The position numbers and the translations under genes were made by a program. Below the pieces are notes generated by a model. It did no database searches. It saw only the letters and a list, made by a program, of their open reading frames with translations, and had not been told where the DNA came from. Source: Octopus sinensis (taxonomy: Eukaryota). Taken from it: DNA of 64,000 bases. The stretch covers positions 40,920,001 through 40,984,000 of the forward strand of contig NC_043007.1 of the NCBI RefSeq assembly GCF_006345805.1, read 5' to 3'. Position 1 is the first letter of the stretch, and each line of letters starts with the position of its first letter. Below, piece after piece: positions 36,207-45,022 of this stretch.

Positions 36207-38053
36207 AATATGTTACATTACTCGGTAGTCAAGATAAAACTCTGAGTTTCAGATGCCGAAGTGGAAATCCAGAACACCATCTTCAGTTATCTGGCTATTT
36301 GAAAACGCTATGAAAAAATACCATTAAATAAAGGTAAATTACTCTGTTATAACTCTGCTTGCCTGCATACTTATACATCGCTCGCATTTTTCGTCATAAA
36401 AATTATATAAAAATACATAAAAAATATATAAAAATATATAAAAATATATAAATTATTCTTGGGACATAACATAGAATGCATGTTCTATCTGTTTTCTTTA
36501 GGGGATCAAAAACGTAACAGAAATTTAGTCACATGTGGGCATGATCCGAAAAGCTCTGTCCTTGTATTCATTGTCTAAATACAAGGACAGAGCTTTTCGG
36601 ATCATGCCCATATGTGACTAAATTTCTGTTACGTTTTTGGTCCCCTAAAGAAAACAGATAGAACATGCTTTCTATGTTATGTCCAAAGAAGAATTTATAT
36701 ATTTTTATATATTTTTTATGTATTTTTATATAATTTTTATGACGAAAAATGCGAGCGATGTATAAGTACGCAGGCAAGCAGAGTTATAAACAGAGTAATT
36801 TACCTTTATTTAACGGTATTTTTTCATAGCCTTTTCAAATAGCCAGATAACCGAAAAGATGTTGTGGATTTCCACTTCGGCATCTGAAACTCAGAGTTTT
36901 ATCTTGACTACCGAGTAATGTAACATATTCTACATCATCCACCATACTCACCTGATCTTGTCTTCACTGACTACCACTTCTTCCAGAATTTGGATAACTT
37001 TTTGATAGAAAAAAAAAAAATTCCGACGATGCTGTAAAACAGGCTTTCCAAGATTTTATTGACTCTAGATTCCCAGGCTTTCACAGTTCTGGGCTAGGCA
37101 AGCTACTGTTGAAATGGCAAAAGTGTATTGACAATATGGGTGCATAGTTTGATGAATAAAACTATTCCTTGTATTTATAAAATATTAGCAAATCTTTTTC
37201 GGATCCTTTCAATTTGACGGCCAGCTATTTTAATTAATTTTTTTAACTAAACACTTTGAAACTTCGGATACTGGTAGAATGTGTCACATAGAACTGGATT
37301 TACTCTTAACGTTTTTAACAAAATTTTGCATCTTAGAAGTTATTTCGTGTTAAAATTGTATTTGGGTAATTTTGAACCAATCAATGACGTGTATTCAGCT
37401 GAAGAAAATTACTGCTGCTGTTTGCGAACAACAACTTCCGGGTCCATTTCCCTAATAAAACCCTTCTTTAATAACCAGAGATGTTTTTATAGCAACATAG
37501 GCTTGCTGTATCATGGTTGATTTGAGGTTAAATTTTATAAACATCGAATGGCTATGTGGGTCCATCCAAGTAAAATAGGATTCAAAGGGAATTCATAGGC
37601 AAAAAAATGGCTGAGAACTATGCTCCACAGCATACTTTTTCTACATTTCTCGGAGTAAGTCACTCACTTGATTGGTTAGCTCATTTTATAAGGAGGGGAA
37701 TAACCGAAATTGACCATTTATTGTAACTTGCCCTTCACTGTTGGCCATGAAATCGGTATATTAGGGTGGAATTGTTCAACTTCCTCATCTTGACCCTGAT
37801 CGCCGTCTCTCTTTCCCTGTGGTCATTTTAAACAATTTCACTTATACACTCATTGTTTTATTCACAGGCTTTGGCTTTTCCATGGGTTCCTGGTATTATT
37901 ATAGGATTCGCATGCGTAGCTTCCTCAATTATTATTCGAGTATTTTTACCGGAAACTGGAAACCGCGTTTTACCGCAGACAATCGAAGAAGTTAACAGAA
38001 TGGGACAGGAACAAAAGATGAAGAAACTAAACAAGATCGAAAATGCATCGTAA
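6208..38053 (+). CDS. SLC22-family transporter paralog A, spliced gene (exons 2-10; exon 1 not found in window)
   Basis: Nine GT-AG exons join in frame (212, 231, 203, 342, 135, 86, 121, 73, 186 nt). The product carries SLC22/MFS motifs [31 protein letters not shown] and [15 protein letters not shown]. With a 139-nt exon 1 like paralog B's it would be about 575 aa. Confidence 0.9.
7050..8190 (-). mobile_element. Degenerate mariner transposon
   Basis: ORF 7121-7381: [24 protein letters not shown] (DD34D C-terminus); boundaries approximate. Confidence 0.8.
9451..9663. mobile_element. Mariner-type MITE
   Basis: TIRs tacga...ctgaaaagtttctggct / agccagggacttttcagca...cgta; related copy at about 5941-6166. 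Confidence 0.7.
9739..9969 (+). CDS. Paralog A exon 3
   Basis: tttcacag|TGGGAC...CGAGAG|gtaatg; [15 protein letters not shown]...ERFGRKP...GILRE. Confidence 0.92.
10496..10580 (+). repeat. ~27-bp minisatellite, 3 copies
   Basis: tgaccacacccatgtgacctctttatt repeated. Confidence 0.85.
11975..12177 (+). CDS. Paralog A exon 4
   Basis: ctccag|GTATAT...TTATT|gtaagt; [19 protein letters not shown]...GYFIVDL. Confidence 0.9.
12532..13745 (+). mobile_element. Degenerate mariner transposon
   Basis: HTH region ([23 protein letters not shown]) and a YSP...YHFFKHL-like motif; imperfect TIR aagtaagcaacgttttgaa / ttcaaaactttgcttac. Confidence 0.8.
13885..14226 (+). CDS. Paralog A exon 5 (central cytoplasmic loop)
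   Basis: ctgcag|GTTCATG...GAATT|gtaagt; FMEESLRWL...[12 protein letters not shown]. Confidence 0.9.
14442..14479 (-). ncRNA. Minimal hammerhead ribozyme (Penelope pLTR)
   Basis: Same motif as 23858-23895. Confidence 0.8.
16554..16591 (+). ncRNA. Minimal hammerhead ribozyme (inverted Penelope pLTR), sense to host gene
   Basis: ctgtCTGATGAacggcaacgaGAAACtcagaGTAacag on the + strand. Confidence 0.8.
16953..17975 (+). mobile_element. Two head-to-tail ~512-bp non-autonomous Helitron-like units
   Basis: Near-identical units 16953-17463 and 17465-17975, each ending in CCCG-agcaacgc-CGGG hairpin plus CTAG|T. Confidence 0.75.
18105..18405 (+). mobile_element. Shorter related Helitron-like element
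   Basis: Same 5' block (tatataaaagtgaagttgtg...gattcctaactactccc) and 3' end gagcaacgccgggtgctactgccag; internal segment absent. Confidence 0.7.
18425..18824 (-). mobile_element. SINE family A
   Basis: Reverse complement of 4602-4990. Confidence 0.85.
19330..19930 (-). mobile_element. GIY-YIG endonuclease fragment of a second Penelope-like lineage
   Basis: ORF 19507-19809: [12 protein letters not shown]...[19 protein letters not shown]...LRRRTTLH. Confidence 0.75.
20295..20363 (-). ncRNA. Degenerate hammerhead motif
   Basis: ac-CTGAAGA-ttgactg...cagccat-GAAAC-GATC-GTA-gt; stem I only 2 bp and stem II has mismatches. Confidence 0.5.
20864..20941 (+). ncRNA. Type I hammerhead ribozyme with long stem II
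   Basis: GCGG-CTGAAGA-AGGC...GCCC-GAAAC-ATAT-GTA-CCGC; stem I GCGG/CCGC; palindromic ACATATGT stem III. Confidence 0.75.
21465..21599 (+). CDS. Paralog A exon 6
   Basis: tttatag|TGCAGTC...GCTAAAAG|gtaaga; [13 protein letters not shown]...TTLAKR; 135 nt like paralog B exon 6. Confidence 0.85.
21916..22349 (+). mobile_element. SINE with family-C head and (GAA)n tail
   Basis: Colinear with 5290-5777. Confidence 0.75.
22549..22775 (+). mobile_element. tRNA-derived SINE, family B (gagctggcagaa head; gcctttcatcctttcggggtcgataaa central domain)
   Basis: The central block resembles the Meta-type SINE domain (recognition, not a database hit). Other copies near 6490-6640, 11500-11705, 23100-23215, 38170-38350, 45160-45360 and 55900-56320. 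Confidence 0.75.
23858..23895 (-). ncRNA. Minimal type I hammerhead ribozyme in Penelope 3' pLTR
   Basis: CTGT-CTGATGA-ACGGCAACGA-GAAAC-TCAGA-GTA-ACAG; stem I CTGT/ACAG. Confidence 0.8.
24983..25660 (-). CDS. Penelope GIY-YIG endonuclease domain (same frame as RT, separated by one TGA)
   Basis: LWFNP, VVYRAKV...TYTG and CKLCLLEK...CRH; reading through 25682-25684 gives [16 protein letters not shown]. Confidence 0.9.
   Translation of the reverse strand: MWFNPAFNLAVKTNIGKEFLRLVSKHFKQGHKFYRIFNRRTLKVSYSCCRNFASYISQHNRKLIEIRHGAEPIKKCNFKNESSCPLEGKCLVKGVVYRAKVQVEGSSEYKTYTGASENSFKTRFYSHKNSFKYPENRKKTSLAKYVWELKEKEAPPFNVTWSILDRAAPYRHGAYKNNFKCKLCLLEKMYILFKDNNSLNQRSELMNLCRHAAKFKMSNINIPYG
25682..27013 (-). 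CDS. Penelope-like reverse transcriptase (frame stays open upstream to 27166)
   Basis: [37 protein letters not shown] and FLDVNFN motifs; upstream in-frame FSQKNIPIP. Confidence 0.92.
   Translation of the reverse strand: MRWKAFFFDNKQKIEGNKYGFKSPRNPPPIPELEAFEKDLFELIRKIKFRKYTNQLQRNMREKIKEINDSNKIFVNSDKTRNLYALDKDVYKRLISNSVTDTYKKDNTNIYKEVNLEARGIANDLKISDRIEYLSPRPAFITLKDHKANFSRNPKCRLINPAKTEIGIISKNILDRILVKLDSEVDLRIWKNSKSVIEWFKGISNKNNCSFTQFDIIDFYPSISRTLLLRALDFAMQYVNIDSSEIDIIMHARKSLLFFEDSTWIKKIEDSLFDVPMDAYDGAELCMLIGAFILHNLKIEFPFIDAGLYRDDGLIATHNLNGHESDRLRKDLIAFFQRMGLRVTIDANLNSVDFLDVNFNVRSDRFKPFRKPNEKLSYISKDSNHPPVILRNLVGNVGRRISSISSDEAAFHNAAPYYDSALKNSGFSEKIQFNQLNADNNAA
27290..27327 (-). ncRNA. Minimal type I hammerhead ribozyme in Penelope 5' pLTR
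   Basis: Same motif as 23858-23895. Confidence 0.8.
27391..27808 (-). mobile_element. SINE family A inserted in the Penelope 5' pLTR
   Basis: Splits tacaccttta|aaaagaaatgg of the pLTR; (AAGAGTA)n tail. Confidence 0.88.
28215..28590. repeat. Imperfect (TA)n microsatellite
   Basis: Directly visible. Confidence 0.95.
28974..29059 (+). CDS. Paralog A exon 7
   Basis: ttttag|ATTCGGA...CTGGCAG|gtaaca; (R)[28 protein letters not shown]; phase 2 to 1 fits neighbours. Confidence 0.8.
29705..30150. repeat. (TA)n followed by ~390-bp imperfect (TAA)n
   Basis: Directly visible. Confidence 0.95.
30528..30863 (+). mobile_element. Mariner 3' fragment
   Basis: [23 protein letters not shown]; ends in TIR-like gaactttccgaacaacccaata. 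Confidence 0.8.
30982..31102 (+). CDS. Paralog A exon 8
   Basis: ctttcag|AGAAC...ATACG|gtcagt; [40 protein letters not shown]. Confidence 0.9.
32271..32343 (+). CDS. Paralog A exon 9
   Basis: cattatag|AAGCGCT...CTATTA|gtaagt; [24 protein letters not shown], which matches the SLC22 TM11 pattern. Confidence 0.85.
32876..33143 (-). mobile_element. SINE family C
   Basis: Reverse complement of 34-328. Confidence 0.8.
33188..33375 (-). mobile_element. RTE 3' UTR fragment with (ATG)n tail
   Basis: Matches 39078-39260. Confidence 0.8.
33378..34020. repeat. ~640-bp imperfect (TA)n microsatellite
   Basis: Directly visible. Confidence 0.95.
34030..35250 (-). mobile_element. 5'-truncated CR1-clade LINE (RT C-terminus and 3' end)
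   Basis: [27 protein letters not shown] and [13 protein letters not shown]; short repeat tail (AAGTATC)n; long (TA)n-type tracts on both sides. Confidence 0.88.
35260..36203. repeat. ~940-bp imperfect (TA)n microsatellite
   Basis: Directly visible. Confidence 0.95.
36233..36291 (-). ncRNA. Type I hammerhead ribozyme (left arm of fold-back element)
   Basis: GATAA-CTGAAGA-...ggcatct-GAAAC-TCAGA-GTT-TTATC; 5-bp stem I, GUU triplet. Confidence 0.72.
36846..36903 (+). ncRNA. Hammerhead motif with mutated core (right arm of fold-back element)
   Basis: GATAA-CCGAAAA-...-GAAAC-TCAGA-GTT-TTATC; two core substitutions. Confidence 0.55.
36930..37200 (+). mobile_element. Mariner 3' fragment (same family as 7050-7420)
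   Basis: catccaccatactcacctgatcttg...; reverse complement matches 7075-7310. Confidence 0.8.
37868..38053 (+). CDS. Paralog A terminal exon 10
   Basis: ttcacag|GCTTTG...GCATCGTAA; ALAFPWVPG...[15 protein letters not shown]...NAS*. Confidence 0.9.
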   Translation, partial: ALAFPWVPGIIIGFACVASSIIIRVFLPETGNRVLPQTIEEVNRMGQEQKMKKLNKIENAS

Positions 38054-38783
38054 AAATAAGATAATCATGAGAATTAGGGCAGTTGGAATCGGCAAGATTA
38101 AATTCGTTAAAAACTCAAAATGTTATAGTTATATTGGTGTGATGTTTTGAGGAAGGTCTTTGAGAGTTAACAATGACAGGAAAAATGCTTAATGGAATTT
38201 CGTCCGGCTTTACATTCCGAGTTGAAATTCCACCAAGGTCGATTTAGCCTTTCACCTTTTCGAGGTTGATAAAACTTCGAGCAGTGGGGTCGATGCACTC
38301 GACGTAACCCCTGCCCCGTAATTGCTGTCTTTGTGCCAAAATTTGAAACCAGTATAAACGAACACAAATAATTGCTATCGTTGACAGATAATATACTGTG
38401 TATTTAAAAACTTATACTATAGTACTTTCTCTCAAGAGAAAATATTAGTCTTCAGGCGAAGTGCTTGATAAATTTTCTTCGCCATAACTTTTACCAAATA
38501 ACTTTCTACTGCTTCTTTATTTATGAAGTAATTTATTAATTCATTTACTTTAACAAATTAACTGATTTATTAATAAAATACCTTTAAATACCTTCTATAT
38601 AGAATATTCTTCTCTACACTTTTTACATTTTAGTATCCGATCTCATTGAATTATCTAGCCGTGCCTGTCTATTTCATGCCTTTTTCATTCTACACACACT
38701 CACACATGCTTACAACCATTCCTCTGTTAATCTCATTGACTCCTCTCCAACACTTCATACACATGCACATAACACACACACAC

Positions 38784-38862
<79 letters not shown>

Positions 38863-39077
38863 CATGTGTATGTATGTATGTATGCATGTGCATGTGCTTG
38901 TGTGTATGTGTGATTGTATGAATTTATATATTAAACACATACACACACACACACTTTCATATTTACCTATCTAGAGAAATGTAGATATACAGATATAAAT
39001 GTGTATACATATGAATAAATAAAAATGTACATATATGCGTATTGACATTATATCTACATATCTCTCTATCAGTATAT

Positions 39078-40090
39078 ATCATCATCATCATCATCATCAT
39101 CGTTTAACGTCCGTTCTCCATGCTAGCATGGGTTGGACGGTTCGACCGGGGATCTGGGAAGCCAGAAGGCTGCACCAGGCTCCAGTCTTATCTGGCAATG
39201 TTTCTACAGCTGGATGCCCTTCCTAACGCCAACCACTCCGTGAGTGTAGTGGCTGCTTTTTATGTGCCACCTGCACAGGTGCCAGGCGAGGCTGGCACTG
39301 GCCACGGTCAGATTGGTGTATTTTACGTGCCACTGGCACGGAAGCCAGTCGAGGCGGCGCTGGCATCGGCCACGATTCGGATAGTGCTTTTTACGTACCA
39401 CCAGACCAGGGATCCTGGCTGGTTCAATTCGATTTCGATTTCGATTTCGCTTGCCCCAACATGTCTTCGCAAGCAAAGGGGGTTGGCATGGGTGCCTGTC
39501 GTCGGATGAGGTTCGAATTCGACTTCGCTTGCCTCAACAGGTCTTTGTGTCCAAGGGAGGAAAGGCATGCATAAGTGGGCTGGGCTCACTTGTCCTGCGT
39601 GGTCTTCTCACGTACAGCATATTTCCAAAGGTCTCGGTCGCTGGTCATTTCCTCAGTGAGGCCTAAAGTTCGAAGGTCGTGCTTCACCACCTCGTCCCAG
39701 GTTTTCCTGGGTCTACCTCTTCCACGGGTTCCCTCAACTGCTAGGGATTGACACTTTCTCACACACCTATCTTCATCCATTCTCGCCACATGACCATACC
39801 AGCGCAATCGTCTCTCTTGCACACCACAACTGATGCTTCTTAGGTTCAACATTTCTCTCAAGGTACTAACGCTCTGTCGAGTATGTACACTGACGTTACA
39901 CATCCATCGGAGAATACTGGCTTCATTCCTCACGAGCTTACGCATGTCCTCAGCAGTCACGGCCCATGTTTCACTGCCATGTAGCATGGCTGTTCGTATA
40001 CATGCATCATACAGTCTGCCTTTTACTCTGAGCGAGAGGCCTTTAGTCACCATCAGCGGTAAGAGCTCACTAAACTTTGCCCAGGCTATT
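39078..40090 (-). mobile_element. 5'-truncated RTE-clade LINE with (ATG)n tail
   Basis: ORF 39586-40053: KGRLYDACIRTAMLHGSETW...RRLRWYGHVARM...RGRGRPRKTW. Confidence 0.9.
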
Positions 40091-40114
40091 CTTATTCTAT
40101 ATATATATATATAT

Positions 40115-40188
<74 letters not shown>

Positions 40189-40210
40189 TATATATATATA
40201 TATATATATA

Positions 40211-40576
40211 TTTAAAAAAGGAGATGTGGAACATGAGTTGTGATATATAAAAAAGGAAATGAAGAAAATGCTGACAAAATAATTTAAGTAATTTAAGTAA
40301 TTTAATTAGGTGAAAGTTCTTTTTACCGGTTGCGCATTTGTTATGCTTATCAAAAGATGTTTTTTTAAGAGAGATAGAGTTACTTTCTGATAGATTTTTT
40401 TCCTCTTATCAGATAAGAGGAAAAAATCTATCAGGAAGTAACTCTATCTCTCTTAAAAAAACATCTTTTGATAAGCATAACAAATGCGCAACCGGTAAAA
40501 AGAACTTTCACCTAATTAAATTACTTAATTACTTAAATTATTTTGTCAGCATTTTCTTCATCTCCTTTTATATATA

Positions 40577-40635
<59 letters not shown>

Positions 40636-40993
40636 TATATTTAAAAAAGGAGATGTGGAACATGAGTTGTGATATATAAAAAAGGAATGAAGAAAATGCT
40701 GACAAAATAATTTAAGTAATTTAAGTAATTTAATTAGGTGAAAGTTCTTTTTACCGGTTGCGCATTTGTTATGCTTATCAAAAGATGTTTTTTTAAGAGA
40801 GATAGAGTTACTTTCTGATAGATTTTTTTCCTCTTATCAGATAAGAGGAAAAAATCTATCAGGAAGTAACTCTATCTCTCTTAAAAAAACATCTTTTGAT
40901 AAGCATAACAAATGCGCAACCGGTAAAAAGAACTTTCACCTAATTAAATTACTTAAATTACTTAAATTATTTTGTCAGCATTTTCTTCATCTC

Positions 40994-40998
<5 letters not shown>
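40211..40998. repeat. Two tandem near-perfect palindromes (arms about 160-200 bp) separated by (TA)n
   Basis: Centres cctcttatc-a-gataagagg at 40411 and 40839; a single non-inverted copy of the arm lies at about 10815-11030. Confidence 0.9.
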
Positions 40999-41034
<36 letters not shown>

Positions 41035-41269
41035 TCCTGTCACAACCTGGGACCTTGAAGACTGCTATAACGCATGAAAGTATATTAGTCCCCTAATATT
41101 TTATATTCAACATTTCATCTATTCAATGAGACAATCAATACTTCATTTCATTTTACTATACATATATATTATTTATACTATATATTCTATATTCTACATA
41201 ATATTATAAAGAATATAAATAAAACATAAACAGACAGAGTTGGAATTTCTTTGAATAATATATATATAT

Positions 41270-41689
41270 CATCGGCATCATCTTCATCATCGTTTAACGT
41301 CCATTTTCTGCGCTAGCACGGGTTGGACGGTTCGACCGGGGTCTGGAAAGCCAGGGGCTGCACCAGGCTCCAGTCTGATCTGGCAGTGTTTCTACAGCTG
41401 GATGCCCTTCCTGACGCCAACCACTCCGCGAGTGTAGTGGGTGCTTTTTGTGTACCACCTGCACAGGTGCCAGGGGAGTCCGGCATTGGCCACGATCGGT
41501 TGGTGCTTTTAACGTGCCACTGGCACGGAACCAGCCAAGGCGGCGCTGGCATCAGCCACTATTCGATGGTGCTTTTTATGTGCCACCGGCACTGGAGCCA
41601 GTCGAGGTGGCGCTGGCAATGGCTACGTTCGGATGGTGCTTTTTATGTGCCACCGGCACAGGTATCACAACTACTATTTCCATTGATAA

Positions 41690-41690
<1 letters not shown>
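41270..41690 (-). mobile_element. RTE 3' UTR fragment with internal tandem repeats
   Basis: Matches 39078-39400; repeated ggtgctttttatgtgccacc block. Confidence 0.8.
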
Positions 41691-41721
<31 letters not shown>

Positions 41722-42377
41722 TCATGTTCATATTCTAAGTAACACCTTACAACCAGTGGCGTGGCTAATGAATGAGCGTTCACTCTCCTCAAGCATATTT
41801 TTTCAAAATTGGTACCTTTTATAAAATATGAGCTGAAAACTGTTTGGTATGTGTCATGGTGCCTTTTTTATGTGTTCGCTCTCCCTAATTTTAGAATTTG
41901 GCGACGCTCCTGCTTACAACTTCTCAGTTATTTCAAATTGTGACTTTAATTTCACACTTCTAAACGTCCGAAAGAATATGTATTCGAAAGAAACACTCAT
42001 ATATATTTATATATATATCCAGATGAAAATAATAAAAAATAGATTATTATATACAAAACTAAACTTTATTCGAGAAAAACAATTATGAATTTTAACAAGA
42101 AGAAAAGACTCGTATATTTTGGTGGGAGTACTTGAAAGTCTCGTCTTAAGTTGCATATCAACAAAAAAATCAAACAAAGCAACATAGGAACATGAGAACA
42201 ACGTTTATAAGTTGAGTATAGTCGATTAAATTTGCTCAATAATTTAACTTGTACTTAAATTCATTAACCCATGAAGGTGACAGTCAAAGTTCATGAGAGT
42301 GGAATTTAACTGTGTCGCAGGGTGTTTTGTTTTCCTTTTTACAGCTCACATTATTATGTATGTATTTGAGTAATATA

Positions 42378-42785
42378 CTCTCTCTTTTACTCTTTTACTT
42401 GTTTCAGTCATTTGACTGCGGCCATGCTGGAGCACCGCCTTTAGTCGAGCAAATCGGCCCCGGGACTTATTTTTTGTAAGCCCAGTACTTATTTTTATCG
42501 GTCTCTTTTGCCGAACCGCTAAGTGACGGGGACGTAAACACACCAGCATCGGTTGTCAAGCAATGCTAGGGGAACAAACACAGACACACAAACACACACA
42601 CATATATGTATATATACATATATACGACAGGCTTCTTTCAGTTTCCGTCGACCAAATCTACTCACAAGGCATTGGTCGGCCCAGGGCTATAGCAGAAGAC
42701 ACTTGCCCAAGATGCCACGCAGTGGGACTGAACCCGGAACCATGTGGTTGGTTAGCAAGCTACTTACCACACAGCCACTCCTGCG
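42378..42785 (-). mobile_element. SINE family A
   Basis: Reverse complement of 4602-4990. Partial copies also at 9163-9289, 11779-11930 and 20590-20716. Confidence 0.85.
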
Positions 42786-42914
42786 TCAGTAACTATATAC
42801 GAGCAATATAAATGACATTCAATACAGTTGAAGTTAATTTTAATAATATTATTTTTTATTGGTGATAAAGCAGACAAATCAACAGATAAACAAATACACA
42901 TATAAAGATAGGTC

Positions 42915-43460
42915 TGCTAAGGACTGGAAGGATGCAATTATTCTTCCTCTCTATAAAGGAAAAGGAACCAGAAAAATGTGTGGTAACTACAGAGTTATTG
43001 CTCTACTATCAGCTGCTGGCATTGCTCTGGCAAATATTCTTCTTGCCCGCCTGAATGGGTGTCTCGTAAATGACGTCTTATCTGAATCTCAGTGTGGTTT
43101 CTGATCTGGTAGAGAGACAATGGATATGATTTTCACAGCAAGACAGATGCAGGAGAAATGCTATGAGCAGTATATGGATCTTGTCCAGTTTATGGATCTT
43201 GTCATTGATTTAACGAAGTCATTTGATACTGTGAATAGAGCCTTGCTATGGAAAATACTTGGCAAGATTAGATGTCCGGATCACTTTGTATCTACAATTA
43301 AATCATTTCGTGATGGGATGGAGGTTTGGGTCAATGTTGGTGGTAGCATGGCGGGACCCATTCCTGTAGAGAATGTTGTCAAGCAGGGTGACGTCCTTGT
43401 CCCAACTCTCTTTTCTTTGTACTTTGCTGCTGTTTTTGTTCATACTTTTGCTAAGGTTAG
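42915..43460 (+). mobile_element. RTE (BovB-like) RT internal fragment
   Basis: WKDAIILPLYKGKG...NYRVIALL...ESQCGF; DMIFTARQMQEKC...DLTKSFDTV...VKQGDVLVPTLF. Confidence 0.85.
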
Positions 43461-44839
43461 CTTCATTTGTGTAACTATGGTTTAAAAGTGCTGAGTTATC
43501 ATGAGTTGTCTCTCAAAATGAGTATCTTCTAAGACTTGAGCATGTTGAATGTGTATTAGGTCATGTGTTTTTCTCAAGTGAATATTATCTCTTGGTAAGT
43601 CGAATTTACCAATAGACTAGTATGTATTTGTCATCATGGGAAGATTAGTTAAAAAAATCTCTGAGTATGTCGGCAGTTGTCAGAGTTTATTATTATATCT
43701 TAATATCGGTGCTGTGAGAGAGTATTCTCCACTACACCAAATCACAGCCTACCGGTAAATAACACGATGCATATACGTTAAGTGTATATGGCTGATAATA
43801 TTACTCTAGTGCTGCTTCTATTTCATATTTGAATTCATCCTTATGTATGCATTGTCCGAGCATACCAGCACATAGTTTGAACACTATATGTACTTAAATT
43901 GTGGACTGGCACTATGATTCATCTTCGATCCTGCTAGGGTGCACGATGTTCAGAAGCCACAAAAATCTCGAAACATCAAAGTTCATCAATTCTTGATGGG
44001 ATTGCAGTTGAGTTATCTCACCTGTCCATGACCTTCAGGTATTTCAAGATTCGGAATTTTGTGAGAATATTCTCCACCACGAAAGAAATCCTCCTACAAA
44101 CAAATACACAAAGCATATTACGTTAGATATATGTGGTTGATAATGTTTATTACACTACGGCCACTTCTATCTCATATTTGAATATGTATACATATATATG
44201 ATACATATGTATATGTGTATGTATATATCGTGCTTTGGGCATTTTTATTCGATACAAATGGTTTTTTTCCTGTACGTCAGAGGTTCTCATCCGAGGTCCA
44301 AATAAAATTTGGGGGGTCCACAGATGCAATATAGTAAACTGCAGGTCCACAATAATTTATCAGAGGCTATGAAAAAACTGTGTTTCAGACAAATAAAGTT
44401 TATGTGCAATAAATTGGTTATATGTCCACAATGCACAAGATATTTTAACTATTTTTGATACAAATCCCGATACAATTGAATTGTAAAAATACAATAGGAC
44501 ATTATAAACATCGAATGGCTATGGGTATCCATCCAACTAAAATACGATTCAAAGGCCGTCCATTGGCAAAAAATGGTTGGGAACTACTGCTCTACAGCAA
44601 CTACTTTTTCTACATTTCTCGGAGAAAGTCACTCTCTTGATTGGTTAACTCATTTTATATGGAGATGAATAACCAAAATTGACCATTTCGTGTAACTTGT
44701 CTTTCACTGTTGACCATAAAACAAGTATCATATTAGGGTGGAATTGTGCAATTTTCTGCTGTTGACCATGATCCCCGTCTCTCCTTCAATGTGGTTATTT
44801 TAAACAATTTCTTTTATACACTCATTGTTTTATTCACAG

Positions 44840-45022
44840 GCTTTGGCTTTTCTATAGGCTCCTGATATTATTACTGATTCGGATGCATAGCTTCCTCAAT
44901 TATTATTCGAGTATTTTTACCGGAAACAGCAAACCGTGTTTTACTGTAGACGATCGAAGAATTCAACAGAACGGGACAGGAACATTATATGAAGAAACTA
45001 AACAAAATCGAAAATGCATCTA
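44840..45022 (+). pseudogene. Pseudogenised duplicate of SLC22 terminal exon
   Basis: Aligns to 37868-38050 with the same acceptor context, but TGG is TAG at codon 6, there is a 1-nt deletion, and CAG is TAG in the LPQT motif. Confidence 0.88.

Larger units (their letters stand above)
36208..36929. mobile_element. Non-autonomous fold-back element (~350-bp inverted arms) carrying hammerhead motifs, probably derived from a Penelope pLTR
   Basis: Arms pair around a loop near 36570; stem III GAAAC-TCAGA-GT is shared with the Penelope pLTR HHR; (TA)n on the left. Confidence 0.8.

Noticed and set aside
44255-44490. Possible hAT MITE starting cagaggttctc
   Set aside because: Could not locate a matching right TIR or 8-bp TSD
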